Source of the DNA: an uncultured delta proteobacterium
Lineage (GTDB): Bacteria; Myxococcota_A; Polyangia; Polyangiales; B10-G4
NCBI GenBank assembly: GCA_963727445.1
Contig: CAVSGI010000015.1
Location: 384,001 to 448,000, forward strand
DNA: 64,000 nucleotides
Direction of reading: 5' to 3'
Position numbers and translations under genes: made by a program. Shown here piece after piece: positions 1 through 9,561 of this stretch. Numbering within the stretch: position 1 is the first letter of the stretch; each line of letters starts with the position of its first letter. The notes beneath the pieces were generated by a model that was given only the letters and a program-made list of their open reading frames with translations, searched no databases and had not been told where the DNA came from.

Positions 1-330
1 TTCCGGCGCACCTTCGATCGCCTCCCCGAGGAAGCGTCGCAGGGCATCGAGCTTCGGCCCTGCCCCCGCAACCATCTCAAGGTCGTCATCGTGGACGGCG
101 CCTTCATGTACTTCGGCTCGGCCAATTGGACGGGCGCCGGGCTCGGCGCCAAGGGTGAAGGGCGTCGCAACTTCGAGCTCGGGATCGTCACCGACGACGA
201 GGAGTGGCTCGACGAGGTTCAGAGCATCTACGAACGGATCTGGCGCGGTGGCCCATGCGCGGGCTGTCGCCTGCAGTCGGAGTGCGAGATGCCCATCGCC
301 GAGCTCGAGCGCCTCCGCGCCGCCGGTTGA
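1..330 (+). CDS. Phospholipase D-like (HKD) domain protein, 5'-truncated by the window edge
   Basis: Open frame from base 1 reads ...PCPRNHLKVVIVDGAFMYFGSANWT...RNFELG, matching the HxKxxxxD-x6-GSxN motif and downstream N-x-E of PLD/Nuc-like domains; ends with a CxxC-x5-C cluster. Confidence 0.8.
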   Translation, partial: FRRTFDRLPEEASQGIELRPCPRNHLKVVIVDGAFMYFGSANWTGAGLGAKGEGRRNFELGIVTDDEEWLDEVQSIYERIWRGGPCAGCRLQSECEMPIAELERLRAAG

Positions 331-362
331 CACGACACCGGAGCTACGCGAAAGAGCACGCG

Positions 363-1754
363 ATGGCCGGGGGCGACAGCGACGAAGGGACGCCGAGAGT
401 GGAGGCCCGGGCTTCGATCGCGGACAGGGTCCTGCGAATCTTCTCCGACGTCCGTGCGGGTGAGTCGCCGACCGTCCTGCTCCTCACCCTCAACCTCTTC
501 GTCCCCCTCGTCAGCTACTACATCCTCAAGGTCCTGCGCGAGGCGCTGATCGAGGATGCGGTGGCCGCGTCCTACGCCACCGGCGCCCAGGCGCTGCTCC
601 TGATGATCGTCATCCCCGCCTACGGCTGGTTTGCGTCGAAGGTGAACCGCAACTGGTTGATCCTGGGGGTCGTCCTCTTCTTCGTCGCGTGTCTCGAGCT
701 CTTCTTCTTCGGAAAACTCGCAGGCTTGTCCATCGGCTTCGCCTTCTTCGTCTGGCTGGGGATCTTCAGTCTGATGATCATCAGCCAGTTCTGGGCTTTC
801 GCGAACGACATCTACGACAAGGATTCGGGCGATCGCCTCTTTCCAGTGATCGCCGTGGGCCAGACGGTGGGCGCTTTCGTGGGCGCGCAAGTCGGTGGCC
901 TCAAGTCGCTCTCGATCCCGGTGCTCTTCCAGATCACGGCGGGCCTGCTCCTGCTCCACCTCGTCCTCTACTGGATCCTCAACAAGAGGCCCGACGTCTC
1001 ACCCAAGGGCGGGAAGGCCGAAAAGAAGCTGAAGGGCGCCGGCGGCTTCGCGCTCGTCGCCAAGAGCCCCTACCTGCGTCTGGTCGCGCTGCTCTTCCTG
1101 CTCTTGAACCTCGTGAACACCACCGGTGAGTACATCTTGCGCGACGCGGTTCTCGAGCGCGCCGACGAAACGGTGCAGGAGATGGAACAGAGCGATCCCA
1201 CCCTCGCCGCCGACGAGGAGCGGCGACAGGCGATCATCACGCGGGAGCGAAAGGCGTTCTACGGAGATTTCTTCTCCGTGGTGAACGTCCTCGCCATCTT
1301 GATCCAGGCCTTCGTCGTGAGTCGGATCGTGAAGTTCTTCGGGATGCGAGGGGTGCTCTTCACACTGCCCTTGATCGCGCTCGCCTCCTACGGATCGGTC
1401 GCCCTCGGCGCGGGCTTCATGGCTCTCAGATGGGCGAAGACCGCCGAGAATTCGACCGACTACTCGGTGATGAACACCGGTCGAGCACTCTTGTGGCTGC
1501 CCACCGATCGCGACGAGAAGTACAAGGCCAAGCAGACCATCGACGCCTTCATCGTGCGGGTCGGCGACCTCGCCTCGGCGGGCCTGGTCTTCTTCGGCAC
1601 CCAGGAGCTCGAGCTGTCGCGCCGGGGCTTCGCATCCGCCAACGTGCTGCTCATCGCCGTCTGGCTCGGCATGACCTATCTGGTGATGCGCGAGTTCCGT
1701 TCGCTCGCCGAAGCGCAGCAGATCGACGTCAAAGCGGCCGCCCAGAAGAAGTGA
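363..1754 (+). CDS. Npt1/TLC-like nucleotide (ATP/ADP) transporter, MFS fold
   Basis: About 12 hydrophobic segments; motifs SYYILKVLRE, SQFWAFANDIY, RLFPVI, EKYKAKQTIDAFIVRVGD typical of NTT/TLC-family proteins; ATG at 363 chosen over the upstream ORF start. Confidence 0.75.
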   Translation: MAGGDSDEGTPRVEARASIADRVLRIFSDVRAGESPTVLLLTLNLFVPLVSYYILKVLREALIEDAVAASYATGAQALLLMIVIPAYGWFASKVNRNWLILGVVLFFVACLELFFFGKLAGLSIGFAFFVWLGIFSLMIISQFWAFANDIYDKDSGDRLFPVIAVGQTVGAFVGAQVGGLKSLSIPVLFQITAGLLLLHLVLYWILNKRPDVSPKGGKAEKKLKGAGGFALVAKSPYLRLVALLFLLLNLVNTTGEYILRDAVLERADETVQEMEQSDPTLAADEERRQAIITRERKAFYGDFFSVVNVLAILIQAFVVSRIVKFFGMRGVLFTLPLIALASYGSVALGAGFMALRWAKTAENSTDYSVMNTGRALLWLPTDRDEKYKAKQTIDAFIVRVGDLASAGLVFFGTQELELSRRGFASANVLLIAVWLGMTYLVMREFRSLAEAQQIDVKAAAQKK

Positions 1755-1757
1755 CGG

Positions 1758-2297
1758 TCAGCCCTCGATCGGCGTCCCCTCGCCGCCGTTGGGGTGACAA
1801 GCGAAGCAGCCGAAGCCCTCGCCCGTCTCTGCATCGAAGCGCTCTTGTCCGAGCATCGTGCGCATGGCCGGGACCACGTCCCGGAACATGAAATTCACCA
1901 TCGGGCGCATGTCGTTGACCATCTCGAGCTGCTCCTGCGAGCCGGTCTTGTAGAGGGTGAAGATGGTCGGGTTGGGCATCTCGTAGTCGCGCTCCTGCGC
2001 GTTTTCGCCGTGACAGCCCTCGCACCCGAACCCGGCGAAGCGCTCGGCGTCGTAACCCTCGAAGAGCTCCGCCATCCGCGGCGTCACCTCGAGCGCCATC
2101 CAGGCCTTCTTGTCGTCGAAGGACATCTCCGCCCAGGGCGTGGGGGGCGACGGGATGGTGTCCTCGCCGCCGGCGGTCGAGGTGTCGGTGGTGGTCTCGG
2201 ACTCGGCGGCTTCTTCTTCGGGAGTGGGCTCGGCCCCGCCGCAGCCGGCGGCAAAGGCCAGTGCGAATAGAGCTGTCGGGATCTTCGCGTTCGTCAT
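1758..2297 (-). CDS. Diheme c-type cytochrome lipoprotein
   Basis: Signal peptide with lipobox AAGC, acidic linker, two CxxCH motifs (CEGCH, CFACH). Confidence 0.75.
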   Translation of the reverse strand: MTNAKIPTALFALAFAAGCGGAEPTPEEEAAESETTTDTSTAGGEDTIPSPPTPWAEMSFDDKKAWMALEVTPRMAELFEGYDAERFAGFGCEGCHGENAQERDYEMPNPTIFTLYKTGSQEQLEMVNDMRPMVNFMFRDVVPAMRTMLGQERFDAETGEGFGCFACHPNGGEGTPIEG

Positions 2298-2370
2298 CTC
2301 TGCCTCGTGCGCGCCCTATGCTCTAACACCGGGCAACGTTTCACCCGAAAGACAAAAATCGGCGCCGTGT

Positions 2371-3189
2371 CTATTTCGCCCGCGGGTCCAGGCGATCGCG
2401 GAGCCAATCGCCGGCGAGGTTGAAGCCCAGGACCGTGACGGCGATGGCCCCGCCGGCGAAGAGCGCGACGTGGGGAAAGCGCAGAAGCACCGAGCTGCCT
2501 TGATCGAGGAGCGCGCCCCAGGAGGCGCCGGTGCCCGGGCCGAGGCCGAGGAAGCTGAGCGTGGACTCGGCGAGGATCACCACGCCGAGACCCGCCGTGG
2601 CCTGCACCACCAGGGGACCTGCGAGGTTGGGGAGGACGTGGCGGACGAGGATGCGGCTCTGGCTCATGCCGAGGGCGCGCGCGGCCTGGATGTACTCGCG
2701 CTCGCGAATGGTGAAGGTCTGCGCGCGGGCGATGCGCGCATAGAGGACCCAGCCGTTCACAGCGAGGGCGAAGACCAGGTGACTGATGCCGGGCCGGGCG
2801 ACCAGGGCGAGGATGGCGATGTTCAACAGGATGGCCGGGAAGGCCTGGAGAAGATCGGCGATGCCGGTGACGACGTGGTCGGCGATGCCGGCGCGGTAGC
2901 CGGCGATGGCGCCGAGGGTGGTGCCGAGGGCGACAGAGATGCCGACGACCAACAGGCTCACCATGCCTCCGAGGCGCGCGCCGTGGAGGAGCACCGAGAG
3001 GATGTCGACGCCGTTGTCCGCGGTGCCGAGGAGGTGGCTGGCCGAGGGCAGCTCGTACTGGTGGTGGAGGTCGATGGCGGCCGGGTCGTGGGGCGCGATC
3101 CACGGACCCAGGAGCGCCAGGAGCCAGAAGCCGGCGACGATCACGACGCCCAGGGGCACGCGCCGGAGCCCCGCCAGGCGCGCCCTCAC
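2371..3189 (-). CDS. Peptide/nickel ABC transporter permease (DppC/OppC type)
   Basis: HLLGTADNGVD, EAA-like loop EYIQAARALG, RHVLPN, ESTLSFLGLG, GDWLRDRLDP. Confidence 0.92.
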   Translation of the reverse strand: MRARLAGLRRVPLGVVIVAGFWLLALLGPWIAPHDPAAIDLHHQYELPSASHLLGTADNGVDILSVLLHGARLGGMVSLLVVGISVALGTTLGAIAGYRAGIADHVVTGIADLLQAFPAILLNIAILALVARPGISHLVFALAVNGWVLYARIARAQTFTIREREYIQAARALGMSQSRILVRHVLPNLAGPLVVQATAGLGVVILAESTLSFLGLGPGTGASWGALLDQGSSVLLRFPHVALFAGGAIAVTVLGFNLAGDWLRDRLDPRAK

Positions 3190-4127
3190 GACGAGAGCCT
3201 CACGCGCGGATCGACGACGACGTAGAGCAGATCGACGAGCAGGTTCACGCTCACGTAGATCACGGCGATCACCAGGACGCAGCCTTGCACCACCGGGATG
3301 TCGCGATCGAAGAAGGCCTCGAGGAAGAGGGTGCCGAGACCGCGTCGCTCGAAGATCTTCTCCGCGATGACGGTGCCCGAGAGGAGCGCCCCGAGCTGCG
3401 CGGCGCCGACCGTCATGACCGGCAGGAGCGCGTTGCGGAGCGCGTGGCGCAAGATGACGGCGCTCCTCGACAGGCCGCGTGCGCGCGCCGCGAGGATGTA
3501 CTGCTCGGAGAGCACCTCGACCATCGAGCCGCGGGTCTGCCGCGTGAGGACGGCGGCGAGCGCGGTGCCAATGGTGATCGCGGGCAGGATCAGGGCGACC
3601 GCGCCCGCTTCGTCGTCGCCCGGTAGGGGGAGCCAGCGGAGCTCGACACCGAAGAGGAGGATCAACAGCGGGCCGAGCCAGATGTTGGGGATGGCGATGC
3701 CGAGCATCGCGAAGGTGGTGGCGGAGGTGTCCCAGGCGGAGCCGCGTCTGGCGGCGGCGATGGAGCCGAGCGGCACCGCGAGGGCCCAGGCCACGAGCAG
3801 GGCGGCGAGGGCCAGGACCACCGTGTCCGGGAGCACCTCGGTGATCAGCGTGGCGACGGTGGTGTCGCGGCGCCGAAAGGACGTGCCGAGGGTTCCATTG
3901 GCCACGTCGCCGACGAAGGAGAGGTACTGCTCGGCGAAGGGGCGATCGAGGTGGAGCGCGCGCCGCAGCTCGGCCCGATCCTCGGGCGATGCCTGGTCGC
4001 CGAGGATGGCGTCGATGGGATCGCCTGGGACGAGGCGCACCAGGAGGAAGACGAGGGTGACGACGCCGAGCACGGTGAGCGCCGCGCGAACGATCCGCTC
4101 AGCGACGTAGCGCGGCCCTCCGTCCAT
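3186..4127 (-). CDS. Peptide/nickel ABC transporter permease (DppB/OppB type)
   Basis: LVPGDP, YILAARARGLS, RHALRNALLP, RDIPVVQG, DPRVR; 4-nt overlap with the DppC-type gene. Confidence 0.92.
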   Translation of the reverse strand: MDGGPRYVAERIVRAALTVLGVVTLVFLLVRLVPGDPIDAILGDQASPEDRAELRRALHLDRPFAEQYLSFVGDVANGTLGTSFRRRDTTVATLITEVLPDTVVLALAALLVAWALAVPLGSIAAARRGSAWDTSATTFAMLGIAIPNIWLGPLLILLFGVELRWLPLPGDDEAGAVALILPAITIGTALAAVLTRQTRGSMVEVLSEQYILAARARGLSRSAVILRHALRNALLPVMTVGAAQLGALLSGTVIAEKIFERRGLGTLFLEAFFDRDIPVVQGCVLVIAVIYVSVNLLVDLLYVVVDPRVRLSS

Positions 4128-4174
4128 CCTCCCGGCTTACCAAACGAGCCAGAAACCCAGAAGTTCCCGACGGT

Positions 4175-4594
4175 CTACTGGGCGGCGCAGAAGGTGCGGT
4201 TGGGCTGGTCGACGTCGATGGTGGTGGCGATGGGCAGGTCATTGCCCGGCTCGACCTCGAAATTGCCGAGGTCCTCGGCGCTGACGCAGCTGTAGCCGTC
4301 CTGCTCGCGGCAGTCGGAGTCCTGCTCGCAGACCTTCATGCACCACGCCTGGGCGAGGCGGCTCGGGGTCGGCCGGAAGCGCACGCAGACGCCGTTGTCC
4401 GGGCAGGTGTCCGCCTCACAGCCCTGAATCGTGCAGTAGCCGTTGGGCTGTGCGTTGTCGCAAATGCGATCCCCGTTGACCGAGCAGTTCACCGAGGTGC
4501 TGCAGGAATCCCCGATCACGGGGGCGCAGCCCGTGGCGACGACGGCGGCCAAGAGGGCGATGACGAGGACGGGACGCATGAGCGGGCGGAGCAT
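4175..4594 (-). CDS. Small Cys-rich lipoprotein
   Basis: Hydrophobic signal with lipobox ATGC, then multiple Cys (CSTSVNC, GYCT, CEADTCP, CMKVCEQDSDC); start may be 4594 or 4579. Confidence 0.7.
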   Translation of the reverse strand: MLRPLMRPVLVIALLAAVVATGCAPVIGDSCSTSVNCSVNGDRICDNAQPNGYCTIQGCEADTCPDNGVCVRFRPTPSRLAQAWCMKVCEQDSDCREQDGYSCVSAEDLGNFEVEPGNDLPIATTIDVDQPNRTFCAAQ

Positions 4595-4678
4595 AGCGGT
4601 CCGCGAGCTTTCGGCAACAGCACCCGTTTCCGAGCATTTCTGCGGAATCCGCCCTCTTGGTTTAACGTTCGTGCCCAC

Positions 4679-6850
4679 GTGCGCTGGCTCTCCATCCTCA
4701 CCTGCCTCGTTCTAGCGCCCCTCTTCGCGTCCGGGCGAGCCTCGGCGCAGGGCGATCCCCTCGGCGCCGTGGCCGAACGGGTGCGCGTGGGGGACGACGC
4801 CGGCGCCCTGGCCCGCCTCGACCGGGTGACGGGCGAAGCGCGTGAGAGCGTTCGCGCGCGCTATCTCGAAGGGCGCCTCGCCGCGCGCCTGGGCGATCAT
4901 CCGCGCGCGCTCCACGCCTGGGCGAGCATCACCAGTGGGCTGCCCGACGCGGTCGCGGCGGATCTGGCGTATCGGCGCGCCGTCTCTCAGGCTGCGGTGG
5001 GACGGTGCGAGGACGCGCGCCCCGTCTTCGAGCGGGTGGGCGCCGAACGAGGGCGCCGCGCCGCGCTCGCCCGCGCCCGCGCCGCCGAGTGTCTCCTCGC
5101 CGAAGGCGCGCTCGCCGAAGCGGTCGGCGCGCTCGGGCGCGTGGCGCAGGAGGACGCGGTGGGCGTCGACACCTTCGCGGTGCGCCTCTCGCTCGCGGAT
5201 GCGCATCACCGCGGCGGTGATGACAGCGCGGCGGCCGCCGAGCTCCGCGCCCTGCTCATCGACCGTCCCGAGCATCCCGACGCCGACGCCGTGGTCGCAC
5301 AGCTTCGGGCCCTCGGCGCTCCCTTCACGCCCACGCCGGAGGAGCGCTTCGCGCGTGCGACGCGCTTCCACGAGCAGCGCATGCATCGCGAGGCCGTCGC
5401 CGAGCTCGACGCCGCGGGCGCGGTCCCATCGGGCCGCGCCCTTCGCGCGCGTTGGCTGCACCTGCGCGGGATGGCGCTCTTCAAGACGCGTCACGACTAT
5501 CCGGAGGCCGCGGAGGTGCTGGCGCAGGCCGCCCGTCTCGGTGGGCCCACGGCGCCCGAAGACGAATTTCACGCCGCGCGTGCCCTGTCGCGCGCCGACC
5601 AGGACGCGCGCGCCATCACCAGCTATCGGCGCTTCGCGCGCCGTCACCGCGGCCATCCCCTCGCGACCCAGGCGGAGTTCCTCGCAGCGTGGCTCGAGCT
5701 CCGCCACGGGCGGCGGAGCGGCGAAGCGTCGATGGCGCGCTTCGTTCGCAGCCGCGGCGCGCGCGGGACGAGCTTCGCCCGCTCCGCGACCTTCGAGCTG
5801 GGCCTCTCCGCCTACGAGCATGGTCGTTTCAGCCTCGCCGCCCGCCGCTTCGAGGAGCACGCCGCCATGGGGCAGGACGCGCTGGTGCGCGGCCGGGGGC
5901 TCTACTGGGCCGGTCGGGCGCACGCGCGGGCCGGCGCCCGGCGCTCTGCGATCGCGCGGCTTCGGGAAGCGATCCGGGTCGAGCCGCTGCATTACTACGC
6001 GTTGTTGGCGCGCCAGCGGCTGGTGGCGCTGGGCGAGGATCCGGGCGACCCCTTCGAGGAGGCCGAGGACCGAGAGGCGCTCGAGCCCCTGCCCATGACG
6101 ACCCTGCCGGAAGAGGTGCGCTTCTATTCGCGCCTCGGCCTGCGAAGCGACGCCGCGGAGGCGCTGCGTGAGCAGGAGAGCAGCGTGCGCGACGCGCAGC
6201 CCGACGGGCGTGGTCTCGAAGGGCTGGTGGCGGCCTACACGCGCCTCGGCGAGGTGGCGCGCCCCTACCGTCTGGTGGTCAGCGCCGAGCGCGACGAGCT
6301 GGCGCGGCGCCCCGACGCCTTCAACGCGTGGATCTGGCGCGCCGCCTATCCCGAAGCCTTCCGATCACAGGTCGAGCCGGCGGCGCGGGCGCAGGGGCTC
6401 GAGCCCGAGTACCTGTGGGCGATCATGCGCCAGGAGAGCGGATACGAGCCCGAGGCGGTGTCCTATGCGGACGCGATCGGCCTCTTGCAGATGCTGCCGG
6501 CGACCACGCGCCGGGTCGCCGAAGGTCTCGGCGTCCCCTTCAGCCGCGAGCTCCTCTTCGACCCGGCCTGGAACGCGCGCTTCGCAGCGCAGTACAACGC
6601 CACCCTGAAGAGGCGCTTCGGCGTCCCTCTGAGCTTCGCCGCCTTCAACGGCGGCGGCCATCGCGTCGAAGCCTGGCTCGACGAGCGCGCCCCCATGGAC
6701 TTCGACCTCTTCGTCGAACGCATCGGCATCACCCAGACGAAGAACTACATCCGCCGGGTGACCTCACACTATGCCCGCTACCTCTACCTGAAGGACCCCG
6801 ACGCCGGCTGGCCGCTCGAGCTGCCCGATCAGGTCGAGCCGCTGGACTGA
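4679..6850 (+). CDS. Soluble lytic transglycosylase (Slt-type) with TPR-like repeats
   Basis: Signal peptide, Ala/Arg-rich helical repeats, C-terminal SLT motifs AIMRQES, AIGLLQMLPAT, AAFNGG, TKNYIRRV. Confidence 0.88.
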   Translation: MRWLSILTCLVLAPLFASGRASAQGDPLGAVAERVRVGDDAGALARLDRVTGEARESVRARYLEGRLAARLGDHPRALHAWASITSGLPDAVAADLAYRRAVSQAAVGRCEDARPVFERVGAERGRRAALARARAAECLLAEGALAEAVGALGRVAQEDAVGVDTFAVRLSLADAHHRGGDDSAAAAELRALLIDRPEHPDADAVVAQLRALGAPFTPTPEERFARATRFHEQRMHREAVAELDAAGAVPSGRALRARWLHLRGMALFKTRHDYPEAAEVLAQAARLGGPTAPEDEFHAARALSRADQDARAITSYRRFARRHRGHPLATQAEFLAAWLELRHGRRSGEASMARFVRSRGARGTSFARSATFELGLSAYEHGRFSLAARRFEEHAAMGQDALVRGRGLYWAGRAHARAGARRSAIARLREAIRVEPLHYYALLARQRLVALGEDPGDPFEEAEDREALEPLPMTTLPEEVRFYSRLGLRSDAAEALREQESSVRDAQPDGRGLEGLVAAYTRLGEVARPYRLVVSAERDELARRPDAFNAWIWRAAYPEAFRSQVEPAARAQGLEPEYLWAIMRQESGYEPEAVSYADAIGLLQMLPATTRRVAEGLGVPFSRELLFDPAWNARFAAQYNATLKRRFGVPLSFAAFNGGGHRVEAWLDERAPMDFDLFVERIGITQTKNYIRRVTSHYARYLYLKDPDAGWPLELPDQVEPLD

Positions 6851-6898
6851 GCCCCCTGGGAGAAGGCTCGTGCGGCGAGCCGGGAGTGCTGCGAAGCG

Positions 6899-7963
<1,065 letters not shown>

Positions 7964-8104
7964 TCGGCCCGTCACCCTAACCGACCCCGAGGACCCGGTC
8001 CTCGCAATTCGGTCGAAAATCGCCGATCCGCAAAGATCGCCGGATCTCTCGTTGACGTGCGAGTTGCGGATATCCTAGTTTTTCTCCTCGGTCTCGGCGA
8101 CGAC

Positions 8105-8965
8105 ATGGACATCATTTCGCACGGGGTGTCGGACGTTGGGCTGCAGCGGGAGCATAACGAGGATAGCTTCTGCATACTGCCCGAGTTCGAGCTGTACATC
8201 GTCGCGGACGGCATGGGCGGCCATAAGGCCGGTGATGTCGCCAGCAAGATGGCGACGCATGCCATCGCTTCCTTCTTCCAGGCGACCGCGTCCGAGGACG
8301 CGACCTGGCCGTTCCACTTCGACCCGCACCTGTCGGTCGACGAGAACCGGCTGATCACCGGCATCAAGGTCGCCAACAAGAAGATCTTCGAAGCGTCGGC
8401 CCGGCACTCGGACGTGCAGGGGATGGGGACCACCGTCGTCGGTGCGCTCTTCTCGAAGTCGCAGAACAAGGTCTACGTCGCCCACGTCGGCGACAGTCGC
8501 TGTTATCGGGTGCGCGACGACGAGATCACGCTCCTCACCCGCGACCACTCGCTGGTGAACGACTATCTGCTGGTCATGCCGGACATGACGCAGGAGCAGA
8601 AGGACGAGCTCCCGAAGAACGTCATCACCCGCGCCCTCGGCATGCAGGACACGGTGGTGGTCGACCTGGTCCCCGAGCAGCCGAAGCCGGGCGACTACTA
8701 CGTGCTCTGCTCGGACGGCCTGAGCGGGATGATCACCGACGAAACCATCAAGCAGGCCATCGACGAGAGCGACGGTGTCGAAGGGGCCGCCAAGAAGCTG
8801 GTGGAGTTGGCCAACGCGGCTGGCGGCGAGGACAACATCACGGTCGTCGTGGTCCAGGTCGCCGAAGGCATTGCTGCAAAGAGCGGCGCCGACGGGGCCG
8901 ATGGCGCCGATGACGCGCCGAATGGCGGGGACGACGACGCCGAGGAAGAGCACACCTCGGACTGA
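8105..8965 (+). CDS. PP2C-family Ser/Thr protein phosphatase (Stp1/IreP type)
   Basis: SDVGLQREHNED, VADGMGGH, MGTT, AHVGDSRCY, CSDGLSG, GGEDNIT; the 7046 ORF start is a shadow extension over the opposite-strand gene. Confidence 0.93.
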   Translation: MDIISHGVSDVGLQREHNEDSFCILPEFELYIVADGMGGHKAGDVASKMATHAIASFFQATASEDATWPFHFDPHLSVDENRLITGIKVANKKIFEASARHSDVQGMGTTVVGALFSKSQNKVYVAHVGDSRCYRVRDDEITLLTRDHSLVNDYLLVMPDMTQEQKDELPKNVITRALGMQDTVVVDLVPEQPKPGDYYVLCSDGLSGMITDETIKQAIDESDGVEGAAKKLVELANAAGGEDNITVVVVQVAEGIAAKSGADGADGADDAPNGGDDDAEEEHTSD

Positions 8966-9000
8966 GCGTTCGCCCCGCCCGACGAACCTCAGGGAGAGAG

Positions 9001-9516
9001 ATGGGAAAGTTCACGGTACGCCACGTCTTCGACGTCGACGTCGACACGTTCTGGAATGAGGTCTTCTTCGACCCGGAGTACAACGAGCGGCTCTTCCGCG
9101 AAGAGCTCGGCTTCATCTACGAGCTGATCGAGCTGAAGAAGAACGACGACGGTAGCTACGATCGGAAGGTTCGGACCGAGCCGAAGACCGAAGCGCCCGC
9201 GGCGGTGAAGAAGCTGGTGGGTGACAAGTTCAGCTATCTCGAGGAGGGGCACTTCGATCCGAAGACGCGCCTCTGGAAATACACCGTCACGCCGTCCGCG
9301 CTCCCGAACAAGATCCACATCAGTGGCGTGTTCCGCGCCGAGCCCAAGGGCGAAAAGCAGCTCACGCGGATCGTCGACACCGATCTCGAGGTGAAGATTT
9401 TCGGTGTGGGGAAAATCGTCGAGGCCTTCGTCGAGAAGGAGACGAAGGAGAGCTACGACAAGGCGCAGCGCTTCACCAACCGCTGGCTGCGCGAAAAAGG
9501 CTTCGCCTCCGATTGA
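9001..9516 (+). CDS. DUF2505-like (START/SRPBCC-fold) protein
   Basis: Purine-rich RBS before ATG; 171 aa, pattern F-x-V-x-H-x-F ... VKIFGVGKIVEAFV resembling DUF2505 proteins. Confidence 0.6.
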   Translation: MGKFTVRHVFDVDVDTFWNEVFFDPEYNERLFREELGFIYELIELKKNDDGSYDRKVRTEPKTEAPAAVKKLVGDKFSYLEEGHFDPKTRLWKYTVTPSALPNKIHISGVFRAEPKGEKQLTRIVDTDLEVKIFGVGKIVEAFVEKETKESYDKAQRFTNRWLREKGFASD

Positions 9517-9561
9517 TTGAGAGGTGCGCATCGGAGATCATCGGCGTTCGGAGGAACCCCG

